Shown piece by piece: positions 35,372 to 48,000 of a stretch of 64,000 nt of DNA; within the stretch, counting starts at the first letter, position 1, and every line of letters starts with the position of its first letter. The stretch covers positions 310,001-374,000 of the forward strand of contig ML978137.1 of NCBI GenBank assembly GCA_010015805.1, given 5' to 3'. The position numbers and the translations under genes are program-made. Source of the stretch: Rhizodiscina lignyota. Taxonomy: Eukaryota. The notes beneath the pieces were generated by a model, which had not been told where the DNA came from, made no database searches, and saw nothing but the letters and a program-made list of their open reading frames with translations.

Positions 35372-36538
35372 TTACTGCATCCGGAAAGTTATCGGAGACT
35401 CATGCATATTCCCGTCGTAGTCTGCCCAACTCAGCACGTGCCTCGAAGTCGGCGATCTTATTTCTCCTGATGTCATAGAGTGTCTCGTCGATATTGTCAG
35501 AGGGGACACTCTCGACTGCCGTTGTGAGGATAAGATCGAAGTATCTGGCAGCTCGGAGACGCGACCAACCGGTGAGACTGTGGACCCAACGAGCTCAGAC
35601 ATGGGCCGGATTGGTCTGCCGTCAAGCTGCGCGACTCTTTGAACAGGAGGTCTTTCAAAAGCGGGGAATTCTGGAACAGATGTTTGGGCAGCCGCTGGCA
35701 CGCTCTCTGGACCATTTATGGCTTGCGGAGGTGTGGTTGTCGCTTCAGGTAGGTCTATCGCTGGATCGTCAGGCTTGCGTTTGCGAGACCAGACAGATCT
35801 GAAGCCAGTGGAACTATACCCGTAGCCGAATCTGTTGAAGTGCTTGTTTGCCGTTGGTGAGTTAATCTCGTGTACACGTCGCTTTTTCTTCCACAGCCAC
35901 CAGACACAGAATGCCAGCCCCAGCAGGAGTACCAAACCCCCAAGTATTCCTCCGACAATGGCGCCAATGGGAGCTGATTTTGAGTGCGATTTTTCAATCG
36001 ATGGAAGTGTTGGTGTCGGTAGTGTCGAAGATCTTGAGGGTATCAAGGATGTTGAGGTTGATGTAGATGGAGCGGTCGTCGGCGAGCTCGCGGGAACAGT
36101 GCTGGGACTGGATGTCGGTAATGGAGAGGTTAACGAGGAGGGTGGGTTGTAGAACGTGACATGTCCTGTAGAAGCAGGAGATGTGGATTCTGTTCTGGTA
36201 GTCTTCTTCTTAGATGAGTATCTCTTCGTCGTCGATGAGCGCTTCGCCGAGGTTGTGGATGATCTCATTACCTGAATAGACGCTAAGATATGGGTAAGCG
36301 TAAGCACCTCTTAACTCTGATACAGGATCAAGGCGAAGATATATCCACAAGATTGTTGATACCGGTATAGCAGTAATAGGATGTTGCACGTACCTACTGA
36401 CTGGTTGCTATCCGGGCATCCTGATGAGTCTGGAGAACATGGATCGACCGAACAGCAACCCTTGAAACCGTTTGAACAGACATAGAACACTGTGTTGCCG
36501 CTGCAAGTACCGGAGTCGCGGATGGTCAGATTCTGCAT
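35372..36538 (-). CDS. Single-pass membrane protein with Cys-rich N-terminus and Ser/Thr-rich stalk (Mid2/Wsc-like architecture)
   Basis: CSGNTVFYVCSNGFKGCCSVDPC; intron ~36396-36271; S/T-rich region; TM GAIVGGILGGLVLLLGLAFCVWWLW followed by KKKRR; cytoplasmic ELxG-type motifs. Start uncertain. Confidence 0.75.
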
Positions 36539-37194
36539 TGCTTCTGGACGAGTCAAAGCAAGAACTTGAAGATACGAAATCCCGAAGATGTGGATAAAGG
36601 AAGAAATCTTCGCCCCTTAAAATATCCTACAAAGAGTTCTACGCAAGACAAAGACAAACGCCACATGATATGTCTGAGAATGATATACAAGACCTCTATA
36701 GTCCGTAATTACAGTCTTGGAACAGCCGAAAGTATGGGCATTCGAATTTCGAAATGTCTTGTTCGACAAGATCCAATTCTCTTGTCTCATATCATGAAGA
36801 GTAGGCATGCAAACTCTCCTGCCTCGTAGTCAGTGCAAAACATTCAGCGCCTTTCAAAGAGACAGCTCTGGACCACTGCCTCTTTGTTCTCGGCGCGGGA
36901 CCTCGCATTGACTCTGAGACACGAAAGTATGACAAAAGATCACACGAAGAAAATTCTAAATACGACAGTTAAGTCAGTGCTAAATCTATCAAGAGACAAA
37001 TGTTAGATCTTCTTGATACCCTCCCTGCAGAAAATATGTAAGTACTGAATGGATGAATGTCTGGATCAGCGGATTCTGCAGGGGGCCGGTCTAATCCAGT
37101 GCAGTGCCGTGTCTGAGAAACGCCCAAGACAATGAATATGTGAGACTCAGACACTACGATGCTTTTAAAGGGTCAATTGCAGGATTCTTCAGAA

Positions 37195-38257
37195 TTATAA
37201 TTTTGATTTGGGTTCTGTACCTGGGCCCAACCTGGCTAAAATCCATTTTGCAACGTCATCGGCATATTTCACTCTATCTTCAGGCAAATCTCTGTGTACT
37301 GCATATGATATTAGCACGCACCAAATTCTCTCAACAACAACATAGTGGTAGAAGGACTCACACATATGATACCAGCCGTCATACACCTTGAACTCTTTAT
37401 CCTCTATCGCTGGATCAAGGCTCTCGTACAAGTTTTTCGTCGCCTCGAAGCTGCACACCTTATCCTGTGTCCCATGCGATATCCATATTCTCGTCTTGCC
37501 TCCTTCTCCCGCGTCTTTGCCAACCTTCACTTTCCCCGATTCCAAGTCCGCGGCGCGATCCAGCATACCAGCCAGGCCCTCCAGTGTTCCGGTATCATGA
37601 CAGAGTGTGTCCTCTTTCACTGCTTGTTGTATTTCCTTGTCTCTGCTGATAACAGAGTAGTCTAGAGGATTGTACATGTGATAATGCGGCAACAGTTTCC
37701 CTGCCAGTCGGCCAACGACGACGGTCACAGGATTCGGTCTTGACTTTGGATGGAGGGCCACGAAAGGCGCCTCAAGAAGGTAGCCGCGGATTTGTTGGCG
37801 GATATGTGCGGGTCCGGTTGCAGCGTAGATGAGGGTTTCTTGACCACCCATAGAGTGTCCGTAGAGGAAGACAGGGGCGGCGGGCACAGGGCGATTGGGG
37901 ATGATGGTTGAGAGGAAGGAGGTCATGTCTGCCATTACAGTGGTCGTAGGGCCAGTGTGGCCTTTTTCAGAGGGTTTGGTGACCGAGCGTCCCCAGCCTC
38001 TAGAATGAGCTTGTCAGTTCTCGAAGGTAGAACTTGTTGATGATACTGTGAGCATACCGTTGGTCAAAAGCCCGGACTTCGATTCCTTGAGAAGCAAGTG
38101 TGGTAAACAGCTCAGGATACATGTCACTGTGATCGCTGAAGCCATGCATGACGACCATATAGGCTTGAACTGTCCCTGATGGTTTCCATGTTTTGGTATG
38201 GAGCTTCGCGCCATCATCAAGGACGTGTTGTCCCTCCGCAGTCGTGTGCGTGTCCAT
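37195..38257 (-). CDS. Monoacylglycerol lipase / lysophospholipase-like alpha/beta hydrolase (Yju3-like) with PTS1
   Basis: HGFSDH, FDQR|GWGRS, GHSMGG nucleophile motif, HGTQDKVC, YDGWYH; introns ~38058-38000 and 37361-37299; ends in -SKL. Confidence 0.9.
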
Positions 38258-38544
38258 AATTGTGGTATGAGAGAGTCACAGAAATGAAGCAGAAAGTCCA
38301 AACTGCTCGAGAGCAGCTAGTCAGGTAAATGACCTACATGATGTAGGAAGTGCTTTTATGTACATCACATGTCAGCGGAATTGGGTCATTTGCCAAGACT
38401 CAAGCTCCCAAAGCCGCGATCTGACTGCGATAGGTATGTACTGCTTTCGAACGGTCTCGCAGACTAGTTCAAAGATCACAAATACCTATCATTTTGTGCC
38501 ATTCAAGGCTTGTTACCCTGCACAGCCTCGTATCTGGAGGTGTT

Positions 38545-39737
38545 ATGCATCAAAGAGCATTATCACAACTGCGTAAAGGGGCATCTCACCTTCCGGTTTA
38601 CGCACGAGTCACAACATCCCAGTGTTTTCATCTCACCCACGTTAATAACCTCTCTATCTCTCGCTATACCTTCTCCAGAAACAAACTACATAGCAATTCT
38701 TGCGTCGCAGTGCGGAGCATGAGCTCGACTAAAGGCTATCTGCCGCACGAAGACCGAACATCTACGGAACCACGTGGAAGACAGCTTCACTCTGTTACTA
38801 TTGGGAACATTACAGAGGTCAATGATGAGACCCGGATATTCCGTCTGAATATAGACGATATGGCGAATGGCGTAGAGGTGGGTTTTGTCACGATTCTTGT
38901 ATAACCTGAAACAAATAAGTCGCAGTAGTTCCTACCCGGCCAATGGCTCGATGTGCATTTTCCAGCAATTGAAAAGGCCGGGGGATATACTATTATATCG
39001 GCGCCTGGCGAAGCAGCACCAGCAAATACCGAAAATCCTCAGAGCGGAACAGGGACGAGCCCGGGTCCATTTTTGGAGTTAGCAGTCCAACATGCTCCAA
39101 CAGATCAAGTCCAGAGGCTTTGGGGAAAGGATGGTTCAGTCCTGAATATGCCACTGAAAGTCCGTGTTGGAGGTAGCTTTGTATGGCCACCACCAGGAAT
39201 TGATGTCAGCTCAATCAAGAAGAGCATATTCATCGCCGGAGGTGTCGGTATCAAGTATGTCATGCCATGCGTTTCAACTTTGCTTTCGACTTCAATAATC
39301 GCTGATCGAGCCTCCTTATTCACAGCCCGTTAATATCAATAGTTTCTCATATGCACGACACGAACAGCATGCCTGAGAACGTCCACTTCTTTTATGCTAT
39401 GAGGGCGAAAGAAGAGTACAAACAATCTAACCTCCTATCTTTGCCGCGCCTGTTGGCGATTGCTGGTGCTCGTCCAGAGCAATTCTGTCTTCATGTTTTC
39501 CTTACGGGCCATCCAAGCTCGTCGCTTCTCACAAGCCTCCTGGACGAGCATCGTATTGTCCATACCAGGAGACTTCAGAGTGACGATCTCTTGGAAACTT
39601 TTTCCCAGGCCAATGCGACAGATGGTACGGTGTGCTACGTTTGTGGGCCTCCCGCTATGACGGACGAGTTTGTGGACTTTCTGAAGGGACTGCCGATGTT
39701 GCAGAAGGAGAGAGTACTTTGCGAGAAGTGGTGGTAG
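38545..39737 (+). CDS. FAD/NAD(P)-binding ferredoxin-reductase-type oxidoreductase (OXNAD1-like), probably mitochondrial
   Basis: FLPGQWLDV, AGGYTIIS, VRVGGSFVWPP, FIAGGVGI|NP, YVCGPPAMTD, terminal CEKWW; introns 38878-38928 and ~39255-39325. Confidence 0.88.
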
Positions 39738-40622
39738 GACATGACATGAGAGTAGAATGATATATCACACCACACACACGCTTTGTCTCACCAAGAAACA
39801 GTCGTCCTGAGGCAGCGCCCGGAGGCTCTGGGGCCAGGAACTTGCCCGTCTTACATACGAACTCAATTGCTAGCTGAAAGCAGGCAGCTGACTCGGGTTT
39901 GCTCGAGATGGTCACGTGACTTAAACACGCATGGGCCTCAACTGGGGAAGTCCGACGTTGGTCGTTTGGCTACGTACGGCAAGAACGATGAAGCGGGTTT
40001 ATCTATTGATGATCGGCTTGTGAGAAAAGCATCTCTGCTGTGAGTGCTGTCGAAGTAAAGGGCTTTCCCTAATGCAGATCAGGCCCGACCGTTTGAGCGA
40101 CGTGGGTTGGAGCGTGCATACCCGCCGAGACTCCGTGATGTGGCTTCCCATTGGCCTCCACCCTTGCCACTACGCCCCATCCTGACATTCGGCATGGCCA
40201 ATTGCGTGGGAGCAGCAGCTCCAAGTCAATCGAAGCGCTGCTCTTGCCGCCCACCACTGCATCCGCGATGTGCCCACAGGAGAGGAGCGTAAGCCGGCAA
40301 TGCTCAGTTTTAACTGCTTCTCGTCCATCCATTTCTCCTTCTCCAAGCATCTTTTTCTGCTGCTTCGCGGAGAGAGGCAAACGTCGTTTTCTAGAACTCG
40401 GCCGGCTTAGGATCGCGCAGAACGCTGCGCCTGTCATCCTGCTTACGGCTCGCAGTGAGCTTGGGCTGAAGCCAAGCATACGAAGCTGCTGACATCGCAC
40501 TCTACCTCCACCGGTTCCTGTAAAATCGGCCAGCGCGCCGGGCACGTCAGTTTCCTCCAGCTTCCGGCTCAGCTATCGCATACTCGAGCGGTGCTTGTCG
40601 CGCGAAGCACGTTCGCTTCACG

Positions 40623-41622
40623 ATGCAGTTCCTCAGCAAATACTGGCGAGTGCCAAACCTCGTGTGGGGCCTCTTCGTTTTCGAGTTCGCCATGACGGTT
40701 GGGGTCCTTGCGCTGTTCGGCATCGCAGACCCCAATACGTACAGAACCAAGCTGTGGCAGGAGGGCGCGAACCATGGGTGGAACAGCAATCCGAACGAGA
40801 TTCTGTACTCTTACGCGAATCACAACCCGATTAACACTCCGCTAGTATGGAGTCAATTGTTAGTTCCTTCAAACCTGGGATAAATTGTTCGGGAGCTGAT
40901 AGTTTGAACAGCATCACGAATTACAACGTTGTCATCTCCGTCTTCTCGATGTTCATCCTTCTGACCAAGACCGTCATGATGGTCATGCACGTGTGGTGGC
41001 CACCGTTCAGCGTTCTCGTCCACGCCCTACTTGTCGCACTCTACTCGTTCAGTATATTTGGACAAGCGGCGCCCGACAAGAGCGATGCGCTCCACAAACA
41101 GAATGGTGCGCCATGGTATATCACCAAGAGCTGCAGCGTTGCGAGCACGAACTCGGTCAAAGGCTATTGCGAACAAGCCAAAGCTGCCTTCTCGCTTACG
41201 ATAATCATGGAGTGAGTCTTCTAGTACATCACATGTCAATACTTCATTACTGACGATGGCACCATAGCGCTTTATTCCTCTTCCATGTCTGCTGGGCGCT
41301 ATACTCCAACTTTACAGCAAAGAAACCTGTACGTCCTGACGAGGAGGAATCGAGCCCGCGACAGCCCACGTACGAGGGCAAGCAATTCTCCCCAGAGTCG
41401 GACATGACGACAGAGCAGCAATGGGAGATGCAGAACTTCCAGTCGCCTGGGACAGTCGGCGGGATGAGGAGCGCGCAAGCGATGCCCTTTACCCCCCGTA
41501 CTCAGGCATTCCATACGCTTGGTGGGGGAGCAGACCTGCCACTTAGACAACCAAATCCACAAAATCCACAATACCAGCAATATCCGCAGTACCAACAATA
41601 TAAGGCAGTGGATGCTTCATGA
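40623..41622 (+). CDS. Four-TM fungal membrane protein (MARVEL-like), function unknown
   Basis: Three exons (introns ~40859-40911 and ~41212-41266); FGIADPNTYRTKLWQEG, PWYITKSC...YCEQAK, PFTPRTQAFHTLGG. Confidence 0.82.
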
Positions 41623-42043
41623 GATATATTTTGCAATATGCATTTAATGGAAAGGTGGAAGAAAGCCAATTTTCTAAGAGGTTCTTTAGTGTGGGAAGGT
41701 GTCGTAGGCGTCTTGAGTGGTGATGTTGTTGGACGTCCAGCGGGCTGTAACGAGTAATGATACCCTCCTTTGATCTTAGGGCATTTCTTGTATATATGTG
41801 ATTAGATCAAAGCAAAAGTTGTGGCCACTCTCATGGTCCGAAGTCAAAAAGTATCCCGATTTGATCTCTCTTGAAGTTCCTTCGTCTGATTGGCTGATTC
41901 CGTCACCTGGGCAACAACAACCGTCAACGACCGAGCTTCAACCCCTAGTGACCGACTTGAACACAGCTATGAGGAGACGTATTGCTTGCTTGTACATTGC
42001 CGCAAACGCTGTGCTGTGAAGGGTCAAGTGCGTGGTGGACGAG

Positions 42044-45000
42044 ATGAATATCTCCATTCGGTCGCAAAACGTAGATGCGGTTCGAGCTGCATGTTCGTCA
42101 ACAACATGCACCGCTGCGACAGTATCAACTTTACAGCAACTCTTACAGGGCCACCCGACCTCCAGAACGATCGCAACCTCGGATGACAAAGAGAATGGCA
42201 AAGTCAAAGGTCCGGGAATTACAGGGAAAGATAATGCTGTCGCTCGAAAGGCGCCGTCAACTGGAAAAGCGTCCGCCCGAACGAAGACGAAAGCCGCGAC
42301 GGTCACGGTAGCTGCAATTAAAGAGGAGGGCATCACTGATATTAATCTCTCACAACGCGAAAAATTTGCCTTAGCAACGGAAGTGTTCAATTCGACCCTC
42401 AAAACCATCAGCGACACGCTGAAAGCCCCACCAAAGCCGCCTCCACCGCAGCCTCGAGAGCACGAGCGCACATCTTCTCCCTCCCCAGACCATAGAAAGA
42501 GACGATCACCTCTCACACGAACTTCATCTACAACGCTGCATCAGCATGTGCTTCAAACGATAACCAATTCGCCGTCTCGACGCGGTGCGCCGCTCTCCCG
42601 TCGTTCGTCCTCCATTCTGTCGAAAGATGGCAAAGTTGGACCCTCTGCGAATATTGTTGCGGCTGCAGAATGTGCGAGACTCGCTTTGGTGTGCTTGCGT
42701 GGTTCAGAGCCGAGCGGGGGGAAACTTACTTCCCAGTTGCAGTTGGAACAAGGGGCGTTGGCATTGATTGGGAAGATGCTCGCACACGGATTGGACGACA
42801 TGGCAGCGAAAGAGATGAGAATCGTGAAGAGCAGGCTTCGGATGTGCGCGAATGGTAGTAGCAGTCAGACTCAAGACTCCCCCATCGGCCAGAAAGTGAG
42901 CAGAAAGGCGAATGCGCCAAAGGCTGGGGTGATGGACAGCAGGGAAGAGAAGGATAAATTTTCCCTCAGCTCGCTGTTGCAAGTTGGGCGTATTCAAACT
43001 GATAGCCCAGCGCTCTCACTCATTATCACGTACCTCTTCCATGTCCTCAAGCTACTATCGAATCAGCGCCGTCCTGCCTCCATCGAAGCCGCTCTTGAAC
43101 ATTTCGAATGCTCAGACTCGCAGTCTCTATCGCATCTTCTCATGGCGCAACTCAAGAAGACGAAGGATTCCGGAAAGACAGCAAAGCAGTTTGAGAACCT
43201 TGCTCGAACGCTGCTCTCACTTTGTCCGAGCGTCTCGTCGACAGCAGACGCAGCGGCTATTAATGCAAAGACTCATCCATCGCCAGAAACGATATGGAGA
43301 CTACAACTACAGGCGTTTGAAGCCCGCGTGAGTTGGTGGGGATTTACGAAGCATACTGCAGATGTGGAAAAGGAGCTCTGGGGTCCTCTGGCCAAGTGTG
43401 CCGCAGCTTTCGTCCGGAGATCCACATCGGAACCCGAGAAACAGTATCAGAGAATCTTCAGGGGTCTCGAAAACCTTAAACGGAACTTGAAAGACAATGG
43501 AGCAGTAAAAGACTCTGAATACAGCCCAGGAATACTCCGAGTTCTAAGCACTGCAGCCGACCACGCTGGCAATTTGCGAGACGCCAAAAGATGGACTCTT
43601 GAACTGCGTGCACATCTCATCAAAACGAAGATGAACAATGCGCATATTGCTGCATGTGATGTGAAGCTTACCGCTCTGGAGGTCGAGATGAACAATTCGA
43701 AAGCAGAAGCTGGAGACATGGAGTTGGCACTTTCGACCGCTGTCGAAAAACTCCATGGCAATCTCGAAGGAACGGCAGCCGACCAGGACTTACTTCTTTC
43801 TGAAACAATGAGCTTGAGGAAAGCATTAACTCGATGGCTTCTTAGACAGTCGAGTGAAAATACTACGAATCTGGAAGCGTTGAGAAGTCCCTTTGAAAGC
43901 TGCTGCAAAGCCATCGCAGCGCTGTGTCACTTCATTGCAAGATATACCGGGGCAGCTCCGAGAGAACAAGACGATGCAGTGTTGCTGCTTCGATTCGGAG
44001 AGAAGTGTGTACTGGCGAAGCGAGTGATTAAGTCGTTGTTAGACTCACTCTCGTTGTACGCCAAAGGATTGACCCATCAGTTGACAGTAAACTGGAGCAC
44101 GCTCGATCAAGCATTATGTGATTGTTCAAGAGTAATCAGGGAGCTGAATATGCACGACGATAATACCTTGGCTCTGCAACAACCTCACGATGATGGCCAG
44201 AGTCTAGTTGTTAAGGTCTCATCTATATACTGGAACTGGTATGTGCAGCAACGGCGGACCTCAGCAAAAGCAAGTGAAGACTCATTGCACGCTTTGAGAC
44301 GATCAATTGACATACTCCGCGATGGGAATGAAAGAGTAAGGAGCGCAGGAGGGTTTGTGACGAAGCTTGAGAGACTGGGAGGCGAGCTATCGAGCTTAGC
44401 AGACTACAAGAGAAGCGCACATGTCTATTACGAGGCAGCACAGGCGTTGATCAACAATAATGTGCTGAAATCTATTGCTGAGAGCTCTGAAGGAATGCCC
44501 ATCATGGATGCCTGGGAAGGGAGCCCGGATGGGGCTATGCTGGAGAGGATTCTCAAACTCTTACAGCATACAAGCACAAGAGCCGGAGATGAAAGTACTG
44601 GCTTGAGCAAATTGGTCGCTGCTGATGAGAGAGCTACTAAAGAGAAAGGAGTCCTCTTGGAGTGGGTGTTGCTCTCTATCGCAAATGGGAAGCTTCAATC
44701 AATTAATGCGTCGCACATACTTGGCCAACTAGCCGTGGACATCTTGGACGTATACAGACCAGACATTCACCCATTGCGACATCGACGAGTCGTGGCGCTG
44801 CTGTTGCATCTCTCAGTCTACCTAGGTAATGATGATTCGATCCGCGAAGTAGTTCATCGAGCACTTCCTTCTCTGGCGGAAGATATTCAGGACCTAGCAC
44901 AGGATGCCGGCCTTGCACAATACAAACAGCACTACCTCGCGACTTTGAGGGTCGCAAAAGCGTTCGTTTGCCCATCCCCCTCGATTCCAACTGTCAAAAC

Positions 45001-48000
45001 GTCGCTTCTCACCTGGCAAGCGATCCTGGATTCTTCTGAAGTCCACTCAAACGTCGACGATTTGACCGTCTTGATCCAACAGCTTCAGATGGTTGCGGAC
45101 TTCTTGGCTGCGAAAGGAGAGGAGTATTTGCGACTAGCTACCCTTCGATTACTTGAGGGTGCGTTCAGCCTTCAGCATCAGAAAATGCCATGCATGTTCC
45201 AGCTCATACAAGCCCAATGCTGCTTATCATTACAGTATGTCCATCTTGGCTACTCTGGAAAGGCGCATTCGGTGCTTGCTAAAGCACGCGACATGATAGA
45301 GGCTCTCGATGTTACTCTAGCATCCGTAGAATCGCGTCTTGGATACTATTTGGCGTACAGTCAATACCTCCATGCCATCGGGGATGTGGACGAATGCAAA
45401 GATGCGCTAGAGACAGCGCAATTACTTGCCGAGTCAAGCCAGGGACAAGAAGCATTTGCAGTATTATCGAAATCTTCGTCGGGACGCATCCGATGCAGCC
45501 GCCTCCTTGCAGATGCAGCGTATGCAACTGGTATTTGTGCTCTGGAAATTGGAGACGTCGAGGCTGCTCTCTTGCGTACAAAACGTGCGGTGAAGCTGAA
45601 CCGTTCGGTCTGGGCATCGTTGGAAAACAAGCCCAAGCAGCGACCATTTTCGACTAGCTCCGCAACCGAAACAGACACAGCCAATAACTCTGACGGTGGT
45701 ATGCTGGCAGAAGGCATCGCTAAGTTGTCCATTGCAGCCGAGAATCATGTACTCCCAGTGCAGAGCATGACTCACGAAGCTCTAAATGGGCCAGCGTTTT
45801 GGTCTCTCGTTCCGAGTCTATGCCGTGCTGAGATGCAGATGTCTCAAATATATGCATGGCTTGGTATATGGCAAGAAGCGGTGTATCATGGTGAACAGGC
45901 GGAGAGAGTAGCAGAGGCTGTTGGATCAAGATCGTTACTGTTGGAGACCCGGTCGCGGCTAGCTGAGTACTGGTCCAGAAGCGGAAGAGTAGAGAAAGCT
46001 GAAGAGATTTTGGAGTCGGCTTTGGCACCTAGCTATGATCGGAGAAACGAACTAACTGCAGTTCATCTCCTTTGTGAAAGAGCACGAATATCTGGTTTAC
46101 AATGCGAAACCGACCAACAGAACCAGCTCCACAGCACGGCAATGTCGATCTTGAAATGGCTCATGTCAGCGAGCTTCGCATCGAATGTCGACAGGATCAC
46201 TTCGGATGAGCAAGAGCTAGAGCGAGGACTCTCTGGGTTAAATATAGGCCAACCTCGACGAAAGAAGACTCCAAAAGCGGGCGAGCCGAAGTCTCGATCA
46301 GCAAAGTCAATCGCCCAGAAAATGTCGCACTCCACAAAGGTACTCGAGGAGGCTCTATCGTTGGCTGAGGTTGTTCCGCTGGCCGTCCTCAAGAACCGCA
46401 TGCTCAGGCTTAGAGTAACGTCAACATTCTCCTTGGAAGAATCGTCGCCCGCTGGAACTCTCATCGAAGAATGTGTTAGTGTCGCCGAAGGAAAAGAGGA
46501 TATCGCGCAGAAGCAGCTGATGGAGTATCAAATGCTACTGAGAAAGTCAATGGCGGAGATGGCTACTGATTTGACGTTCAATGTTCTCCCAGAATCGACA
46601 ATATCGTTCCCAGCGCTCACCAAGCCTCGGCGGAGGCTGTCGCTGTCTATTAGTCACGGCCCCGATTCATCGTCCTTGGCGGCTGCAAAGGGCAAAGCCA
46701 AATCCCATACCCCGAAGAAGAAGGCCACACGTGCAAAAGTGGTGGGAGAGAATTTCGTCTCCACGCTACAGAACGCAAGAGACTGCCTGCTCCCAGTCAG
46801 AAGTGCGAGTCTTCAAACTTACTCTAATGCCACCGGGCGCGGAATCTCTCGTGCACTCGGTGAGAGTAGTCTTGTTCTCTCTGCCGCATGTGCCACAAAC
46901 GTCGGTACGAGGGAAGATGACCGTTCATCTATAGCCTTCTTTCTGGACCTCTCAACCATCCACGGCCTCTATTGCGAATATTCTATGATCCATGCAGAGA
47001 ACGCTGTGCAGACGAAAGGCGAAATGCTAAAATGGCCGAGACTCTCAGCTCCAGAAGTAGAAGTTGGACATTTACCAAATTTATCCTCTTTTCAGCACGA
47101 TTTCGTCGATATCCTTCCGCCATCCTGGACTGCGATCTCACTGACCCTAAATGATACACACGACGAACTCTTCATCACCAAGTATGAGGCTTCACAATCA
47201 CCGTTTGTGCTTCGGCTCCCTATGGCACGCCACAAATCCCGAGACATGGACGAAGATATCTTTGCATATGAGGACGGGAAGGCTGAACTCCGCGATATCA
47301 TCGAGCTAAGCAATTTTTCCACCCACAGTGGGAAAGACATGTCAGTCAAGGGTGCCAAGAGCAAGTGGTGGGCTGAACGAGAAGCGCTTAATGCGCGCCT
47401 TGGAGACCTCTTGCAGAACATTGAGAACATTTGGCTTGGTGGATTCAAAGGCATATTTGCGCAACAGCGCAGAGACTCAGATCTGCTTGCACGACTGCAG
47501 AAGAGCCTGCAGAAGATCCTCGAGAGGCACCTGCCAAGTCGACAGGGGAAGAAGCGCCAGATCTCGTCGACCTTCGACAGTCGGATCTTAGAACTGTTTA
47601 CTGGCCTAGGAGACCCAACTTTGGACGACCAACCTGGTCGAGATCTTGACGAAGAACTCATGGATCTCTTCTACTTCCTAGTGGATATTCTACAATTCAA
47701 TGGGGAGAAGAATGCTTACGATGAGATCGACTTCGACTCGCTCATAGTGGAGACTGCGGATGCACTAAGTGCGTATCATCAAGTGGCAAGCCATTCGAAG
47801 TTCGAAGCTGCCCCACACACGATTCTGATACTGGACAAAACACTTCATGCTTTCCCATGGGAGTCATTGCCATGCCTCGCAGGGCTTTCAGTCTCACGTC
47901 TTCCATCCATGGAGGCCTTGCGAGAGAGACTAGCAGCGATGCATAGTCAAATGGAAAGACGCCAAGCAATTCTCAAAGACTCCATCGATGCACAGCAAGC

